A stretch of 64,000 nucleotides of DNA from Anthoceros angustus. Lineage: Eukaryota > Plantae > Anthocerotophyta. Made by a program: the position numbers and the translations under genes. The DNA is taken from the NCBI GenBank assembly GCA_010909165.1, contig MU008201.1:248001-312000 (forward strand), given 5' to 3'. The notes under the pieces are model-generated. The model did no database searches, was not told the origin of the DNA, and worked only from the letters and a program-made list of their open reading frames with translations. Of the stretch, positions 48,036-61,200 are shown piece after piece; the stretch's first letter is position 1, and every line of letters begins with the position of its first letter.

Positions 48036-48936
48036 GTCATGGCTCGTTGTTCTTTGTCTTTTGGCGGACCGATCCATGTTACCTGCCTTCCTATCCTCCT
48101 CAAATGAGTGTCCTTGTAAATGTGTGTCCGAACGGCCTATTATCCGTTTGAATCCGGGGTCCATTCTTCGATCGGTACTAGATGGAGTGCCTAAAGGGAG
48201 CGGATGCCTTGGTGTCTACCTAGTGGCTTAGGCATACCTTGGTACAAGTTGTAAGTACCAAGTCCCATCCATGGTACATACAAGTTGTCAAGTACCAAGT
48301 CCAATGATAGGAAAAGTTCCATCCAAGTGGACTCTAATATACTTCTTCTTCCATCCTACTAAAATCCAGAGCACACATTCCTATCCTACTGCCACATCCT
48401 AAGTACCAACACATGGATCCTCCCATCGGCATGCAGCATACATCAGAAAGATTTACTATATCGACTCCGATCATCAAATACAGACATACCCGGATCCTTT
48501 ACAATTGGATGAAACGCCTGGTTGCTACACTGTCACGCGTAGTACCCTGACCGACCAAGAAAGAGTTCGACGTTCGTCGTGGGGCCGATCTTTCTACTTT
48601 GGTGGCCCTGGTTATTCTGATACCTGCCGTGGCGTCCGCAAGTGAGGATTGGCATTCTGTTGATCCAGCAAACCAATACTTCGCAAGATAGGCACAAGTT
48701 TAAAATAATTACACGATTTTGCAAGCCTGTCTGCCTGCCAGTGACTTGAGGCCTCAACCTTTTTAGTGTTGCTTTAGCTGATGACAGACGGCAGCTACCA
48801 ATGCACTTTGGAAACCTACCATCTACCCACAAAGGAGTAGGAAAGGGATCTAAGGAATACTAGAAACTTTTGAATTTTGCAGCCCCATATTTTTTTAATA
48901 TTCATTATTGACAAAATCCGCTTCGCAGACATCCGG

Positions 48937-49017
48937 GTTGACATGGCCGAGTTGGTCTAAGGCGCCAGATTAAGGTTCTGGTCCGAAAGGGCGTGGGTTC
49001 GAATCCCATTGTCAACA
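48937..49017 (+). tRNA. tRNA-Leu (anticodon AAG), copy 2 (inside the tandem duplication)
   Basis: Identical to copy 1. Confidence 0.9.
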
Positions 49018-49151
49018 GTCATGGCTCGTTGTTCTTTGTCTTTTGGCGGACCGATCCATGTTACCTGCCTTCCTATCCTCCTCAAATGAGTGTCCTTGTA
49101 AATGTGTGTCCGAACGGCCTATTATCCGTTTGAATCCGGGGTCCATTCTTC

Positions 49152-50190
49152 GATCGGTACTAGATGGAGTGCCTAAAGGGAGCGGATGCCTTGGTGTCTA
49201 CCTAGTGGCTTAGGCATACCTTGGTACAAGTTGTAAGTACCAAGTCCCATCCATGGTACATACAAGTTGTCAAGTACCAAGTCCAATGATAGGAAAAGTT
49301 CCATCCAAGTGGACTCTAATATACTTCTTCTTCCATCCTACTAAAATCCAGAGCACACATTCCTATCCTACTGCCACATCCTAAGTACCAACACATGGAT
49401 CCTCCTACTGGCACAGTTCTGAGTACCTCCCACACATGGATCCAACGCACACCGTGAAGCTTTTTGTTAGAAAGCTTTTTCATAGTTTCTCTCGGCACAC
49501 ACCTGCTGCTAACTTGCACTGTTAAGAGCGGGCGTAGGTTTCTTAATAGTGCAAGTTAGCAGCAGGTGCTAACTTGTCTTGTGGACCACATGTCCTCTGG
49601 TCCACTAGAGGACGGTGCAAGTTTGCTGTTGTTTTTGTGTGAACCGGGGGCTTCTTCCATTGCCACGAGTATGAGTACCTGGGCATTAGTGGAGGATTTG
49701 TGGGAACTCCTCTACGACACTGATCGCTGCTGTTCTCTTCATTCTTCATATGGAGAGATCCCGTGGGACTGGAAGAACCTAGACGGTGAGACACTTGGGA
49801 AAAGCCTTTGCAAGGTGAGATCATTTGCTTTCTCCAGTGTTGGAACTTTGGAGATTGAACCCACGTGGGAAACTCAACGGTGATATTGAGTCTGAGCCAA
49901 TTCACCAACACGGAACGAAAGAAGTTGTATTGACAACGTCTGGTGACGTGCTTTAAGAATACAATGTGTGAAGGATTGTAGGGCAAAGGACAACCAGGAT
50001 AGAAACCTCTGTCAAACGCTCATGCTCATGATTGACTAGAAGAAGAAGTTGAAGAAGAATTTTATTTGAGTCCACTAAGGACGGATTTCCGTCATGGGAC
50101 TTGGTACTTAACAAGTTGTACCATGCTGTGCCTAAGCTACTTGCACCAAGGGCATCCACTCCCTTTAGGCACCCCGTCTAAGTACCGATC
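49152..50190. mobile_element. Non-autonomous DNA transposon, ~1.04 kb, with ~100-bp imperfect TIRs
   Basis: Left GATCGGTACTAGATGGAGTGCCTAAAGGGAGCGGATG...AAGTACCAAGTCCCAT matches the reverse complement of 50093-50190. No clear TSD. Confidence 0.75.
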
Positions 50191-50438
50191 TAAGCTCAGG
50201 ATGCTTAATCACAGCGTTCTTATAAATGTGTGTCCATTTGGCCTAAGCCATTAAAAGACATATCATATCCAGGCCTAAGAATGCTATTCAGAGCGATGCA
50301 CCGCTTCGCTCATATCGCCTTCTTCTCTTCCATTCAAGACGGTGAGAAAGTCTAATGATTGTCTGGAATCGACCATCTCACCAGGCGAGGCATATGCATC
50401 TCACCAGGGGAGACATATCATAGACTGCAGATTGTGAC

Positions 50439-53400
50439 CAGGGTGTCATTTTGACCCCGTCCCAAGCTCGGTCCCGGTCCCGGCATGTGTTAAAAAAAAC
50501 ATCGGACCGGAGGTTCTTCAGGAGTCCGGTCCCCACCCTCGGTCCCCTATTTTTCGGGGACCGAGGGTTCATAAAAGGTCCGGTTTAAAATTAGTAAATT
50601 ACTTAATTTTATATCCAAGGATTTATATTTATTATGGACACATGGACCAATCTTATAATTGGTATGGTCATAAAGACACTTACCATGGATCTATGGGCTA
50701 TGTCTTTATTTATCTAATACCATCCATATGTACGAGGACCTTTGTTCTATGAGATTTTATTAGCTTATTTTGATACATCTATAGAAAGTAGATATGTAAT
50801 ATTTTGCTTTGAATGTAGTTATTAATGTATACAATAATTTATTGATATGCACGCTCATCCATGAAGATGGACTAAGATATGGTATCTCAACCATAGGCTT
50901 ACATAGGACTCTTATCCTATCATGCTATGAATAGACACCCTTCAAGAGTACATAAGGCCACAACACTAGCATTTGGAGCATCACTCATTAGTGCTCTCCT
51001 CATTGTGGTGTGCTTGTTGTCTTTCTTGCTTCTTATTCTTCTTCCTTGCTCCTTGTTGTTCTTTCTTGGTAAGGGCCCTTCTTTTTTAGAGCTCATCTCT
51101 TTTGAGCTCTTTAGGTTTAGAGTTCATTTTGTTTGAGCTCATCTCTTTTAAGCTCTTCTCTTTTAAAGCTTTGTTTTTGGCTCTTCATTTGCTATATTAA
51201 TTTTTTAAAAATTTGCGGTAAAGATGGCTCATTTTCTCAAAGTTCAAGATCCGGGTTTTTGGAGGGCTCCACGTGATGACCAAACAAGGAGTGGCGACAA
51301 TAGCCAAACAAGCCAACCGAGTCAAAAGAGACAAAAGGTGCAAAAGGCAAGAGTCTTCAAGGAAGAATGGAAGGTTGCATTTCATTGGGTGGAGTTGCGC
51401 TCAATCAATGGAGAGAATCAAATGTTTTGTGTTGTTTGTGAAAAACATGGTCATGGTGTAGTGGGATAAGCTAAGGCTGCGACTCAAGCTTGGGTAAAAG
51501 TTGGCAGTCATAACTTTCAGAAGAGTGCATTGGAGGACCATGCAAGGAGTACATATCATTTAGCGTCACTGAAGATGAAGCAAGCCCAAGCCAAGGCTCA
51601 ACAACCAACCATGCAACGAACTTTGAAAATGCATTTTTCCAAAAAGGATAAGGAGATTCTCAACTTGTTGAAGTTCGCTTATTTCATTGCTAAGAAGGAT
51701 TTGAGTTTCCATATGTACGAGGACCTTTGTGAGTTCATGGGGATATTGGAGTGGAAGGCATTCCAGAGGTGAAGACATATGGTTCATATCTTACGATAGT
51801 GCTTGCAAGGAGCATGTGGTTCTCATAGCCAATTTTTTACGCGAACAATGTAAGGAGAGGTTGCGTGCAAGTCCATGGTATGGATACTCATAGATGAGGG
51901 GATGTATACATGGTGCAACACATAATTATTTATGTGTATTATTTGCATAATGGGATGGTACGAACAGAGTTTTTGAAGCTAGCCAACAAAACAAGTGCAC
52001 GTGCGGAAGGGATCTTTAACGCCTTGGCTGAGCAATTGCAACTCTTTGATCTGGATATCAAAAAAATGAATGGATTTGCAAGTGATGGAGCATCAGTCAT
52101 GATTGGCAAGGGCAAAGGCCAAGGAGGTCACAATGTTGTGAAGTTTCTGCGAAATGTGAATCCGTATTTTGCTCAAACTCATTGTGTTGTTTTCATCAGA
52201 CGGCGCATACTGCAGAGGCGTGATCCAAGGTTCCCGACTTTGAGGTATGACAAGAAATTGCAAGTCTTAATCATGTGAATTCATGATGTCCACTGGTTGT
52301 CTGGAGGTCAAGCCATGAGTAGAATAGTTTGTCTATTACCAGCTTTACTTAAATTTGCTCAAGAGGATGAGACCCTAAATTAGCCAAAAGCCAATAAGGG
52401 TCCAAGTAGTTCTTCTTCTTTGCAGGGGAAGACTGTCTTCCAAGCTTTACTAACTACTAAGGCCTTGTTTTCATTTCACTTTTTATCAGATATTTTAGAG
52501 GTCCTTAATTCATTGAATACTAACTTTCAACGTGATTATCTGGAGCCAGTTAGTAATGGAATATAGCTTATTTTGGAATAGATATGTGTTAAAACTTAAT
52601 GGTGATTTCAATTACAATTAAATTAGATTATTATTCGTTAATTAATAACCATCAATAACCGTTTCTTGTATAAGACCCTTTCTTTGTGTGTAATTTGTAT
52701 TATCTTTCGATTCCAACTTGCTCTTGTCCCTCTTGCTTACCTCTTGCACGATCTTCACACATGCGATCCTAGGCTATCAACTTCTTTATGGTATCAGAGC
52801 CAATGCCATTAATTTAAAATTCTGATTAGCGTGTGCTCAGCGAGATGCCGAAGGGCAAGAATATGGATGCATTGTAGCAAGCATTGTAGTAGCGCCCATG
52901 ATCCTGAGATGCTGCAGGCACGGCGGTTGTGCATGCGAATATGCACGGGAGGAGCAGCACGAGGGAATTGTAGTGGTTAATCCTCTCATCCGGATAGCCG
53001 TGACGCCATGCTTGAGCAGCGAAAGCTGGAGCGTGAGTCCCACGGCGTCACGCCATTCGCCCGAGCACCACCGCTGTCGCCCGCCATGCTTCTCTTTTAA
53101 AGCTTTGTTTTTGGCTCTTCATTTGCTATATTAATTTTTTAAAATTTGCGGTAAAGATGGCTCATTTTCTCAAAGTTCATCCGGGTTTTTGGAGGCTCAC
53201 GTGATGACCAAACAAGGAGTGGCGACAATAGCCAAACAAGCCAACCGAGTCAAAAGAGACAAAAGGTGCAAAAGGCAAGAGTCTTCAAGGAAGAATGGAA
53301 GGTTGCATTTCATTGGGTGGAGTTGCGCTCAATCAATGGAGAGAATCGAATGTTTTGTGTTGTTTGTGAAAAACATGGTCATGGTGTAGTGGGACAAGCT

Positions 53401-54447
53401 AAGGTGCGACTCAAGCTTGGGTAAAGTTGGCGTCGAACTTTCAAGAGTGCATTGGAGGACCATGCAAGGAGTACATATCATTTAGCGTCACGAAGATGGA
53501 GCAAGCCCAAGGCTCAACAACCAACCATGCAACGAACTTTGGAAATGCATTTTTCCAAAAGGATAAGAGATTCTCAACTTGTTGAAGTTCGCTTATTTCA
53601 TTGCTAAGAAGGATTTGAGTTTCCATATGTACGAGGACCTTTGTGAGTTCATGGGGATATTGGAGTGGAAGGCATTCAGGTGAAGACATATGGTTCATAT
53701 CTTACGAGATAGTGCTTGCAAGGAGCATGTGGTTCTCATAGCCAATTTTTACGAACAACGGAGAGGTTGCGTGCAAGTCCATGGTATGGGATACTCATAG
53801 ATGAGGGATGAGACAAGCGATGGTGCAACACATAATTATTTATGTGTATTATTTGCATAATGGGATGATGCGAGCGAGTTTTGAAGCTAGCCAACATAAC
53901 AAGTGCACGTCGGAAGGGATCTTCAACGCCTTGGTTGAGCAATTGCAACTCTTTGATCGGACATCAAAAAATGAGTGGATTTGCAAGTGATGGAGCATCG
54001 GTCATGATTAAAAAGGCCAAGGAGGTCACAATGTTGTGAAGTTTCTGCGAAATGTGAATCCGTATTTTGCTCAAACTCATTGTGTTGCTCACCGCACGGC
54101 GCTTGCAGCTGCAGAGGCAGCATCCAAGGTTCCTGACTTTGAGGTAGCGGACAAGAAATTGCAAGTCTTAACTGTATCAGGAATTCATGATGTCCACTGG
54201 TTGTCTGGAGGTCAAGCCATGAGTAGAATAGTTTGTCTATTACCAGCTTTACTTAAATTTGCTCAAGAGGATGAGACCCTAAATTAGCCAAAAGCCAATA
54301 AGGGTCCAAGTAGTTCTTCTTCTTTGCGGGGGAAGGCTTCAAGCTTTACTAACTACTAAGGCCTTGTTTTCATTTCACTTTTTATCGGATATTTTAGAGG
54401 TCCTTAATTCATTGAATACTAACTTTCAACGTGATTATCTGGAGCCA
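50439..54447 (+). mobile_element. hAT-family transposon (TTF zinc finger / ZNF862-like transposase), partly duplicated and interrupted by Copia
   Basis: Left end CAGGGTGTC with CGGTCC subterminal repeats; RVFKEEWKVAFHWV..MFCVVC..LEDHARSTYH, YGILIDE, GFASDGASVMIG, THCVAHRTALA. Reading frame is cut by the LTR at ~52549 and ~54448. Confidence 0.85.
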
Positions 54448-55020
54448 ATTAGTAATGGAATATAGCTTATTTTGGAATAGATGTGTTAAAACTTAATGGT
54501 GATTTCAATTACAATTAAATTAGATTATTATTCGTTAATTAATAACCATCAATAACCGTTTCTTGTATAAGACCCTTTCTTTGTGTGTAATTTGTATTAT
54601 CTTCGATTCCAACTTGCTCTTGTCCCTCTTGCTTACCTCTTGCACGATCTTCACATGCGATCCTAGGCTATCAACTTCTTTATGGTATCAGAGCCAATGC
54701 CATTAATTTAAAATTCTGATTAGCGTGTGCTCAGCGAGATGCCGAAGGGCAAGAATATGGATGCATTGTAGCAAGCATTGTAGTAGCGCCCATGATCCTG
54801 AGATGCTGCAGGCACGGCGGTTGTGCATGCCAGAATATGCACGGGGGAGGAACGGCACGAGGGGAATTGTAGTGGTTAATCCTCTCATCCGGGATAGCCG
54901 TGACGTCATGCTTGAGCAGCGCAGTAAAGCTGGAGCGGTGAGTCCCCGACAACCGGCGTCACGCCATTCGCCCGAGCACTACTGCTGCCTGTCGCCCCGC
55001 CATGCCTGCTCTTTTCAAGC
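51157..55020. repeat. Imperfect tandem duplication, 2 x ~1.93 kb (hAT transposase + Copia LTR/PBS)
   Basis: 51157-53089 recurs at 53090-55020; the copies differ mainly by 1-3 bp indels. Confidence 0.9.
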
Positions 55021-56020
55021 TCTTGCGATCACCCCTTGACAACACCACCTTGCTCTTCTGGGTAGGAGCGGCACTGAAGAAGTGGCCCAATAGATCAGGA
55101 GCCGCACTGCAGGAGCGGCACGGCAGGAGCTGCAGATTAGGAACGGAGCACAGAATGAGCGGGTTCCCTCCACAGCTCTTGCCAATAGAGAGAAATTGTG
55201 TTCCCTCCACTTCTCCCATGGTGGAAAAGGCTCAGCAAGAGCCGCAAGACCCCTAATTCCTGACCTCGGTCACGGCGGCGGCGTCCCGCCAATTGAAATC
55301 CGCTGGCAGGATATCCACGGGCTGAAGAGGCGCAGCGTGCAGCAAGAGCGGAGGAGGAGCCGTTAGCAATGGTGTGTGAGGGGCGCCATCGGCTCCCTCG
55401 TCCATTCAAACTTCAGCACCTCCATCGCCTCGCTCCGCAGCGGTGGAGAAGGAGCATCAAACTAGCATCTTTTCGGCATCTTTTCAAGATACTCAAACAA
55501 TAAGCGGTTTTTCGGAAAACCATAAAGGCCAGAATTTCTTTGTTCCAATTTTCTTTTTTTTTTGTGCATACCCACATACTAGAAAGCTTAATAATTCACT
55601 TTTTGTGAAAAAGGGACTTTTAGGTGGTTTGATTTTAGGCATTAGACACATGCATTACATATGTATTAAATTCACTAATATGCCATACTAGCCACCCTAG
55701 ATTGCCGTAGATGAACTTTGTCCTGGTTCTAACCATTTTAATGGTGCTTTTCTTATGCTTTTTGACCCCGCTGATGATAGTGATGGTAGTCAAGCGTCAA
55801 GTACTTTGTTTGGAAGTTTATTTGATACTCGAGAGGTAGAAACTCATGTTCAAGAGTATTCCATATGGGATTTTTCTCCTCAAGCCTTACAATTTAGATT
55901 AAATATAATGTCGGCACCTTCTCATTCCCCTCCTGTTCCTCTTACTCCTCTTAGGATAGAATTTAAGGATAGAGATAGATTTAATGGGTCAGATTACACC
56001 ATATAGCCAATGAGAGTGTC

Positions 56021-58298
56021 AACATGATAATTTTTGAAGGGGGGGAATATAGTAACCCCCTTCGGTCGAGACAGCACCCCCTTGTCACGAAGAACACCTT
56101 TCCTAGAACAGCATATCTGCCCTACTTTGATAATGCGCACACCCTTTCCGAGGTCATACCTTTTGATAAAAGATGCACTTTCAAGTCTACACCCGAGAAC
56201 TGGAGCATGAGGGTGGGCCCATTGCGTTTAGTAGAATGCATAGAGGCTGCCATTTTCATATGTTTATTACAACGAAAATTTTTACTTTCAAGTGGTGGAA
56301 CACAATGAAAACAATCAGATAATGGAGTCTCATTTCAAAGAGTCGTGAGAACATTGCAACAAACAACTGCTAAAGGAGAAAGTGGTCATCAGCATCGACA
56401 ATAGCCATTGAAGAGTGCGGCCTGGCGACTCATCCATGCCTTGCGCCGAAACTGAGTCAAGTACCACCGCCATATTCCGGAGGCAGTCCATATCGTCCAC
56501 CTCAAAGTTGTCGTTCTCCTCCATTGCTTGCTCGTCTTCAATAGTATCATTCTTGGGCCCAGCATCCGATGGTGTCGACTGCCACACAGCATCTAGGGTC
56601 TGCTGACCCTCATCCAAAAGGTCGCCAGTCGTGGTCTTCAACCTTCTGGCACTCAATGCAACCACTTGGGCTTTAAGGCAATGCCAGCGTCCTTAAAATG
56701 AACAAAGTTAGTTGCCCATGCGCCCATGCAAGCATCCTTAAAATCAACAAAGTTCAATTACTATGAAGATATGGGTTTTGAACACGGAACCTACTTATTA
56801 CTACACCTTTCTCCTAAACTTGACCAACGGTCCCAAGTTACAAATCTAGTGAGCCGCTAAATATTCATTTTCTTAAAGACAGCCTATGAGGAGGGCGCCG
56901 GCCGGCGCCCATGGGCAGTGTGCTAGGGGAGGCGGTAAAGGCCGGCGCCATGGGCAAGGCATGGCGTGTTGGAGGCGGGCGTGTTGGAGGCGGCCGGCCG
57001 GCGCCATGGGCAGTGTGCTAGGGGAGGCGGCCGGCCGGCGCCCATGGGCAGTGTGCTAGGGGAGGGCGTCTACCGCCCATGGCGAGGGTGTGCTAGAGCG
57101 CCCGGCGGCCGGCGCCCATGGGCATGGCGGGCGTGTTGGGGGGTGGGGTGTGCTAGGGGAGGCGGCCGCCCATGGGCGGTGTGCTAGGGGAGGCGCCCGG
57201 CGCCATGGGCAAGGCATGGCGGGCGCCCGCCCTCTCTGGTGGTTCAGGCGCCGGCCGGCCGGCGCCCGCCTCACGCACCACCCGTAGGCCCACCGACGAG
57301 TGGCGTGGAGGCGCCCGCCGGCCGGCGCCCGCCTCAAACACCACCCAGGGGCAAACGGGTGGTGCGCAGCGGGCGCCGGCCGGCCGGCGCCCGCCTCAAA
57401 CACCACCCGTAGGCCCACCGACGAGTGGCGTGGAGGCGGCCGGCGCCGGCCGGCGCCATCCTCCGCACCACCCGTAGGCCCACCGACGAGTGGCGTGGAG
57501 GCGCCGCCGGCCGCGCCATCCTCCGCGCACCACCCGTAAACCCCGGCGGGTGGTGCGGCGGATGGGGGGCCGGCCGGCCGCCCTCCCTCCTCGTGCCCAT
57601 TGTGGCCCTCCTTCCACGCACCCCTATCGTGGCACTTCCATCGGTCGGTGGCTAACCTTAGAAGCAACCTTAGAATGAAGGCTAACCTTAGAAGCAACCT
57701 TGGAATGAAGGCTAACCTTAGAAGCAAATGCTCAAATCGAAAGCCAAGATCCGGTCTCGAGTGTAGAGGGTACTCCTCCCGGAAACATCTGTATGCGGTG
57801 GACAAAAAAGCGATAAGGGATAAGCTCTGCGAGTTGCGTGGCTTCATACAACCTGCGAGTCAAAGTGCCGCTAAAGATAGTGATGACAATGCAGGAGAAG
57901 TCGGACCAAGTGATGAAGGATTGAACTCGGGATGAGTGAACCGAAATCTCGTTTTTCGGGTCCCGAGTTAATGTTGTAAGTCGGTTCATGTGTTCTTGTG
58001 TTAGGAAATACCCTATCGTGGCTTTGTGGTGTCATAACAAAACCACATTTTCCTCCAAAGCGAGTTCTGTCCCTTCCGGCAAGAACGGCCTTCCTCACCG
58101 CTCCTACTTTGCATTATTCCCTAGGTTCGAGTTTACCACCATTCAGAAACATTCTTTGGATGGAAAGTAGTAACTTTCTTTGGGTGACACCCTTTTTTGA
58201 AGTTTTGATGCCTTCAAAGCTGTTTAGGGCCCATCAAAACCCCTTGATTATTTGCGAAAACCCCTTGATTATTCACCCCCTTCAAAAATTATCATGTT
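56021..58298. mobile_element. Unclassified TIR element (~2.28 kb) inserted in Copia gag
   Basis: 29-bp TIRs AACATGATAATTTTTGAAGGGGG(G/T)GAATA; flanks TGTC and TGTT; excision restores in-frame gag. Interior holds GC-rich minisatellites (56890-57590) and ~3 x 30-bp repeats (57650-57727). Confidence 0.85.
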
Positions 58299-61200
58299 TG
58301 TTGCAGATTTTAGAAGAAAACGAATTAATGGGGGTTGTAGATGGGTCTGAACCTGCTCCTACTTCAGGAGCCGCCCCTGATGTCGTTTTGGATTGGCTAT
58401 GGAAGGACAGACATGCATGAAATATTATTATTTCCGCTCTAGATCGGAACATGATGACACACACCTTGGGTGCTGCCACTTCAAGTGATGTGTGGAATAA
58501 CTTTAAGATGATTTATAAGGACAGGAGCTCGGCTTCCCTTGTTCAAGCATTCAGGATTTTTCAGCCTCGCATGAAGATAACGAGCCCGTGGAGTCTTATA
58601 TTAACGGTTTCGCACTTGTCGTGCTAACCTTTTCATATTGTGGAACAAATTTGGTGAAGTCGATCGTCAAACTGCAACCTTCGAAGCATATCAATCTTTT
58701 GTAAGCGCCGAGTGCCATAATAAAAGCGGTCAATCAGCGATTGCGGTGCAACTCACGCTATTACACTTGAGGAGGTGTTTGGAGCTCTTCTAGCGGAGAG
58801 AGGACTCGTGGACTTAATAAAATGAAGGCCAGCTCAAGTGGTCAATCAAACTCAAAATTTTGTTCACTTCTCGGAGAGGGGCTTTCGAGGGCGTGGCGGG
58901 CGTGGCTTCCCAACCAAAATTTTCAGCGTTCACATATAATCCTGGCGGCACCAGCGAAATATGACTTGCCATTGGTGCAAGATACCACCATTCAGAAACA
59001 TTCTTTGGATGGAAAGTAAGTAACTTTCTTGGTGACACCCTTTTTGAATTTTCAAATGCCTTCAAAATTTGCCCATCCAAAACCCCTTATTATTTGCGAA
59101 AACCCCTTGAGATTATTCACCCCTTCAAAATTATCATGTTTGTTGCGATTTTAGAAGCAATTAATGGGGTTGTAGATGGGTCTCGAACTGCTCCTACTTG
59201 GGCCATACGATGTCGTTTGGATTGGCTATGGAAGGCGGAATAGCATGAAATATTATTATTTCCGCTCTAGATCGAACATGATGACACACACTTTAGGTGC
59301 TGCCACTTCAAGTGATGTGTGGAATAACTTTAAGATGATTTATAAGGGGAGCTCGGCTTCCCTTGTTCAAGCATTGATTTTTCAGCCTCCGCATGAAGAT
59401 AACGAGCCGTGGAGTCTTATATTAACGGTTTCGCACTTGTCGTGCTAACCTTTTCATATTGTGGAACAAATTTGGTGAAGTTCAGTCGTACTTGCAACCT
59501 ACGAAGCATATCAATCTTTTGTAGCGCCGCAGTGCCATATCGGCTCAATCAGCGATTGCGGTGCAACTCGCTATTACACTTGAGGTGTTTGGAGCTCTTC
59601 TAGCGGAGGAGAGGACTCGTGGCCTTAATAAGATGAAGGCCAGCTCAAGTGGTCAATCAAACTCAAAATTTTGTTCACTTCTCGTGAGAGGGGCTTTCGA
59701 GGCGTGGCGGGCGTGGCTTCCAACCAAAATTTTCAGCGTTCCACATATAATCCTAAGACCAAGCGAAATATGACTTGCCATTGGTGCAAGATACACCATA
59801 TTGAGAAGAATTGCGGAAGAAAATAGTGAGCCTCGTCGAGATACAAGTCTCCTAAATCAAATGTCACAACAACAAAAGCTAAGTCACCCACAATCTTAGC
59901 ATTTGTCTTTCATCATCCATTCTCAAGTAGAAACTTGGTTTTAGATTCGGAGCCACTAGTCATATTTGTTTTGTGAGACACTCATTTAAAACTTTCTCAC
60001 CCACATATGATGCCAATCGGTTTGTGCTTTTGGGTGATGACAATGGGCTTTCCATCAAAGGCTTGGGCTCGGTGGTCATACAACTCCCGGATGAGTCTTC
60101 ACTTATACTTTTGGTGTTTTATTTGTCCTTCTATGACCAAAATTTGATGTCTGATTAAGTTGTCACAAGAACACTCTTGCCGAGTCTCCTTTGATCAATC
60201 TGGTTGCATAACATGTTCCATCAAGTCGACCTTTTCATAGGCACCCTTTTCATGATTTGTATTTATTAGATGTCAAATCGATAGTGCAACCTCAACCCAC
60301 TCGATTTTTGTGCCATTCAAAGACAAGCTTCAATGCAACTTTGGCATTGTCGTCTTGCCATATCAATCTTTTGTAAGCGAGTGCCATAATAAGAACGAAG
60401 TCAATCAGCGATTGCGGTGCAACTCCCGCTATTACACTTGTGAGGTGTTTGGAGCTCTTCTAGCGGAGGAGAGGACTATAAAATGAAGGCCAGCTCAAGT
60501 GGTCAATCAAACTCAAGAATTTTGTTCACTTGAGGCGAGGGGCTTTCGAGGACGTGGCAGCGTGGCTTCCCAACCAAAATTTTCAGCGTTCCACATATAA
60601 TCCAGCAGAAAGGTAAATATGACTTGCTATTGGTGCAAGATACCCGCCATATTGAGAAGAATTGCCAAGAAAAGGCGGTGAGCCTCGACGAGATACAAGT
60701 CTCCTAAATCAAATGTCACAACAACAAAAGCTAAGTCACCCACAATCTTAGTGTCTTTCATCATCCATTCTCAAGTAGAAACTTGGTTTTAGATTCGGAG
60801 CCACTAGTCATATTTGTTTTGACAGACACTCATTTAAAACTTTCTCACCCACATATGATGCCAATTGCTTTTGGGTGATGACAATGGGCTTTCCATCAAA
60901 GGCTTGGGCTCTGGTCATACAACTGATGAGTCTTCACTTATACTTTTGGTGTTTTATTTGTCCTTCTATGACCAAAAATTTGATGTCGATTAAGTTGTCA
61001 CAAGAACACTCTTGCCGAGTCTCGCTTTGATCAACTGTTGCACCGTAACGCATGTTCCATCAAGTCGACCTTTTCATAGGCACCTTTTCATGATTTGTAT
61101 TTATTAGATGTCAAATCGATAGTGCAACCTCAACCCACTCATTAATGCCATTCAAAGACAAGCTTCAATGCAACTTTGGCATTGTCGCCTTGCCCACGTC
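58134..61200. repeat. Two further imperfect ~0.8-0.85-kb tandem duplications within Copia gag/protease
   Basis: ACCACCATTCAGAAAC recurs at ~58134 and ~58984; ATATCAATCTTTTGTA recurs at ~58688, ~59508 and ~60360. Confidence 0.85.

Larger units (their letters stand above)
47444..49407. repeat. Tandem duplication, 2 x 982 bp (3' end of neprosin, tRNA-Leu, left TIR of the adjacent element)
   Basis: 47444-48425 is repeated at 48426-49407 with no differences seen away from the junction; identical ORFs at 47551 and 48533. Confidence 0.95.

Noticed and set aside
52549-54695. Apparent LTR element carrying a hAT transposase between two LTRs
   Set aside because: Both LTR copies are followed by a PBS and preceded by the same hAT sequence, so this is a tandem duplication of the 5' junction, not a chimeric element.
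56890-57680. Gly/Ala/Arg/Pro-rich ORFs in several frames
   Set aside because: By-products of GC-rich minisatellites inside the TIR element.
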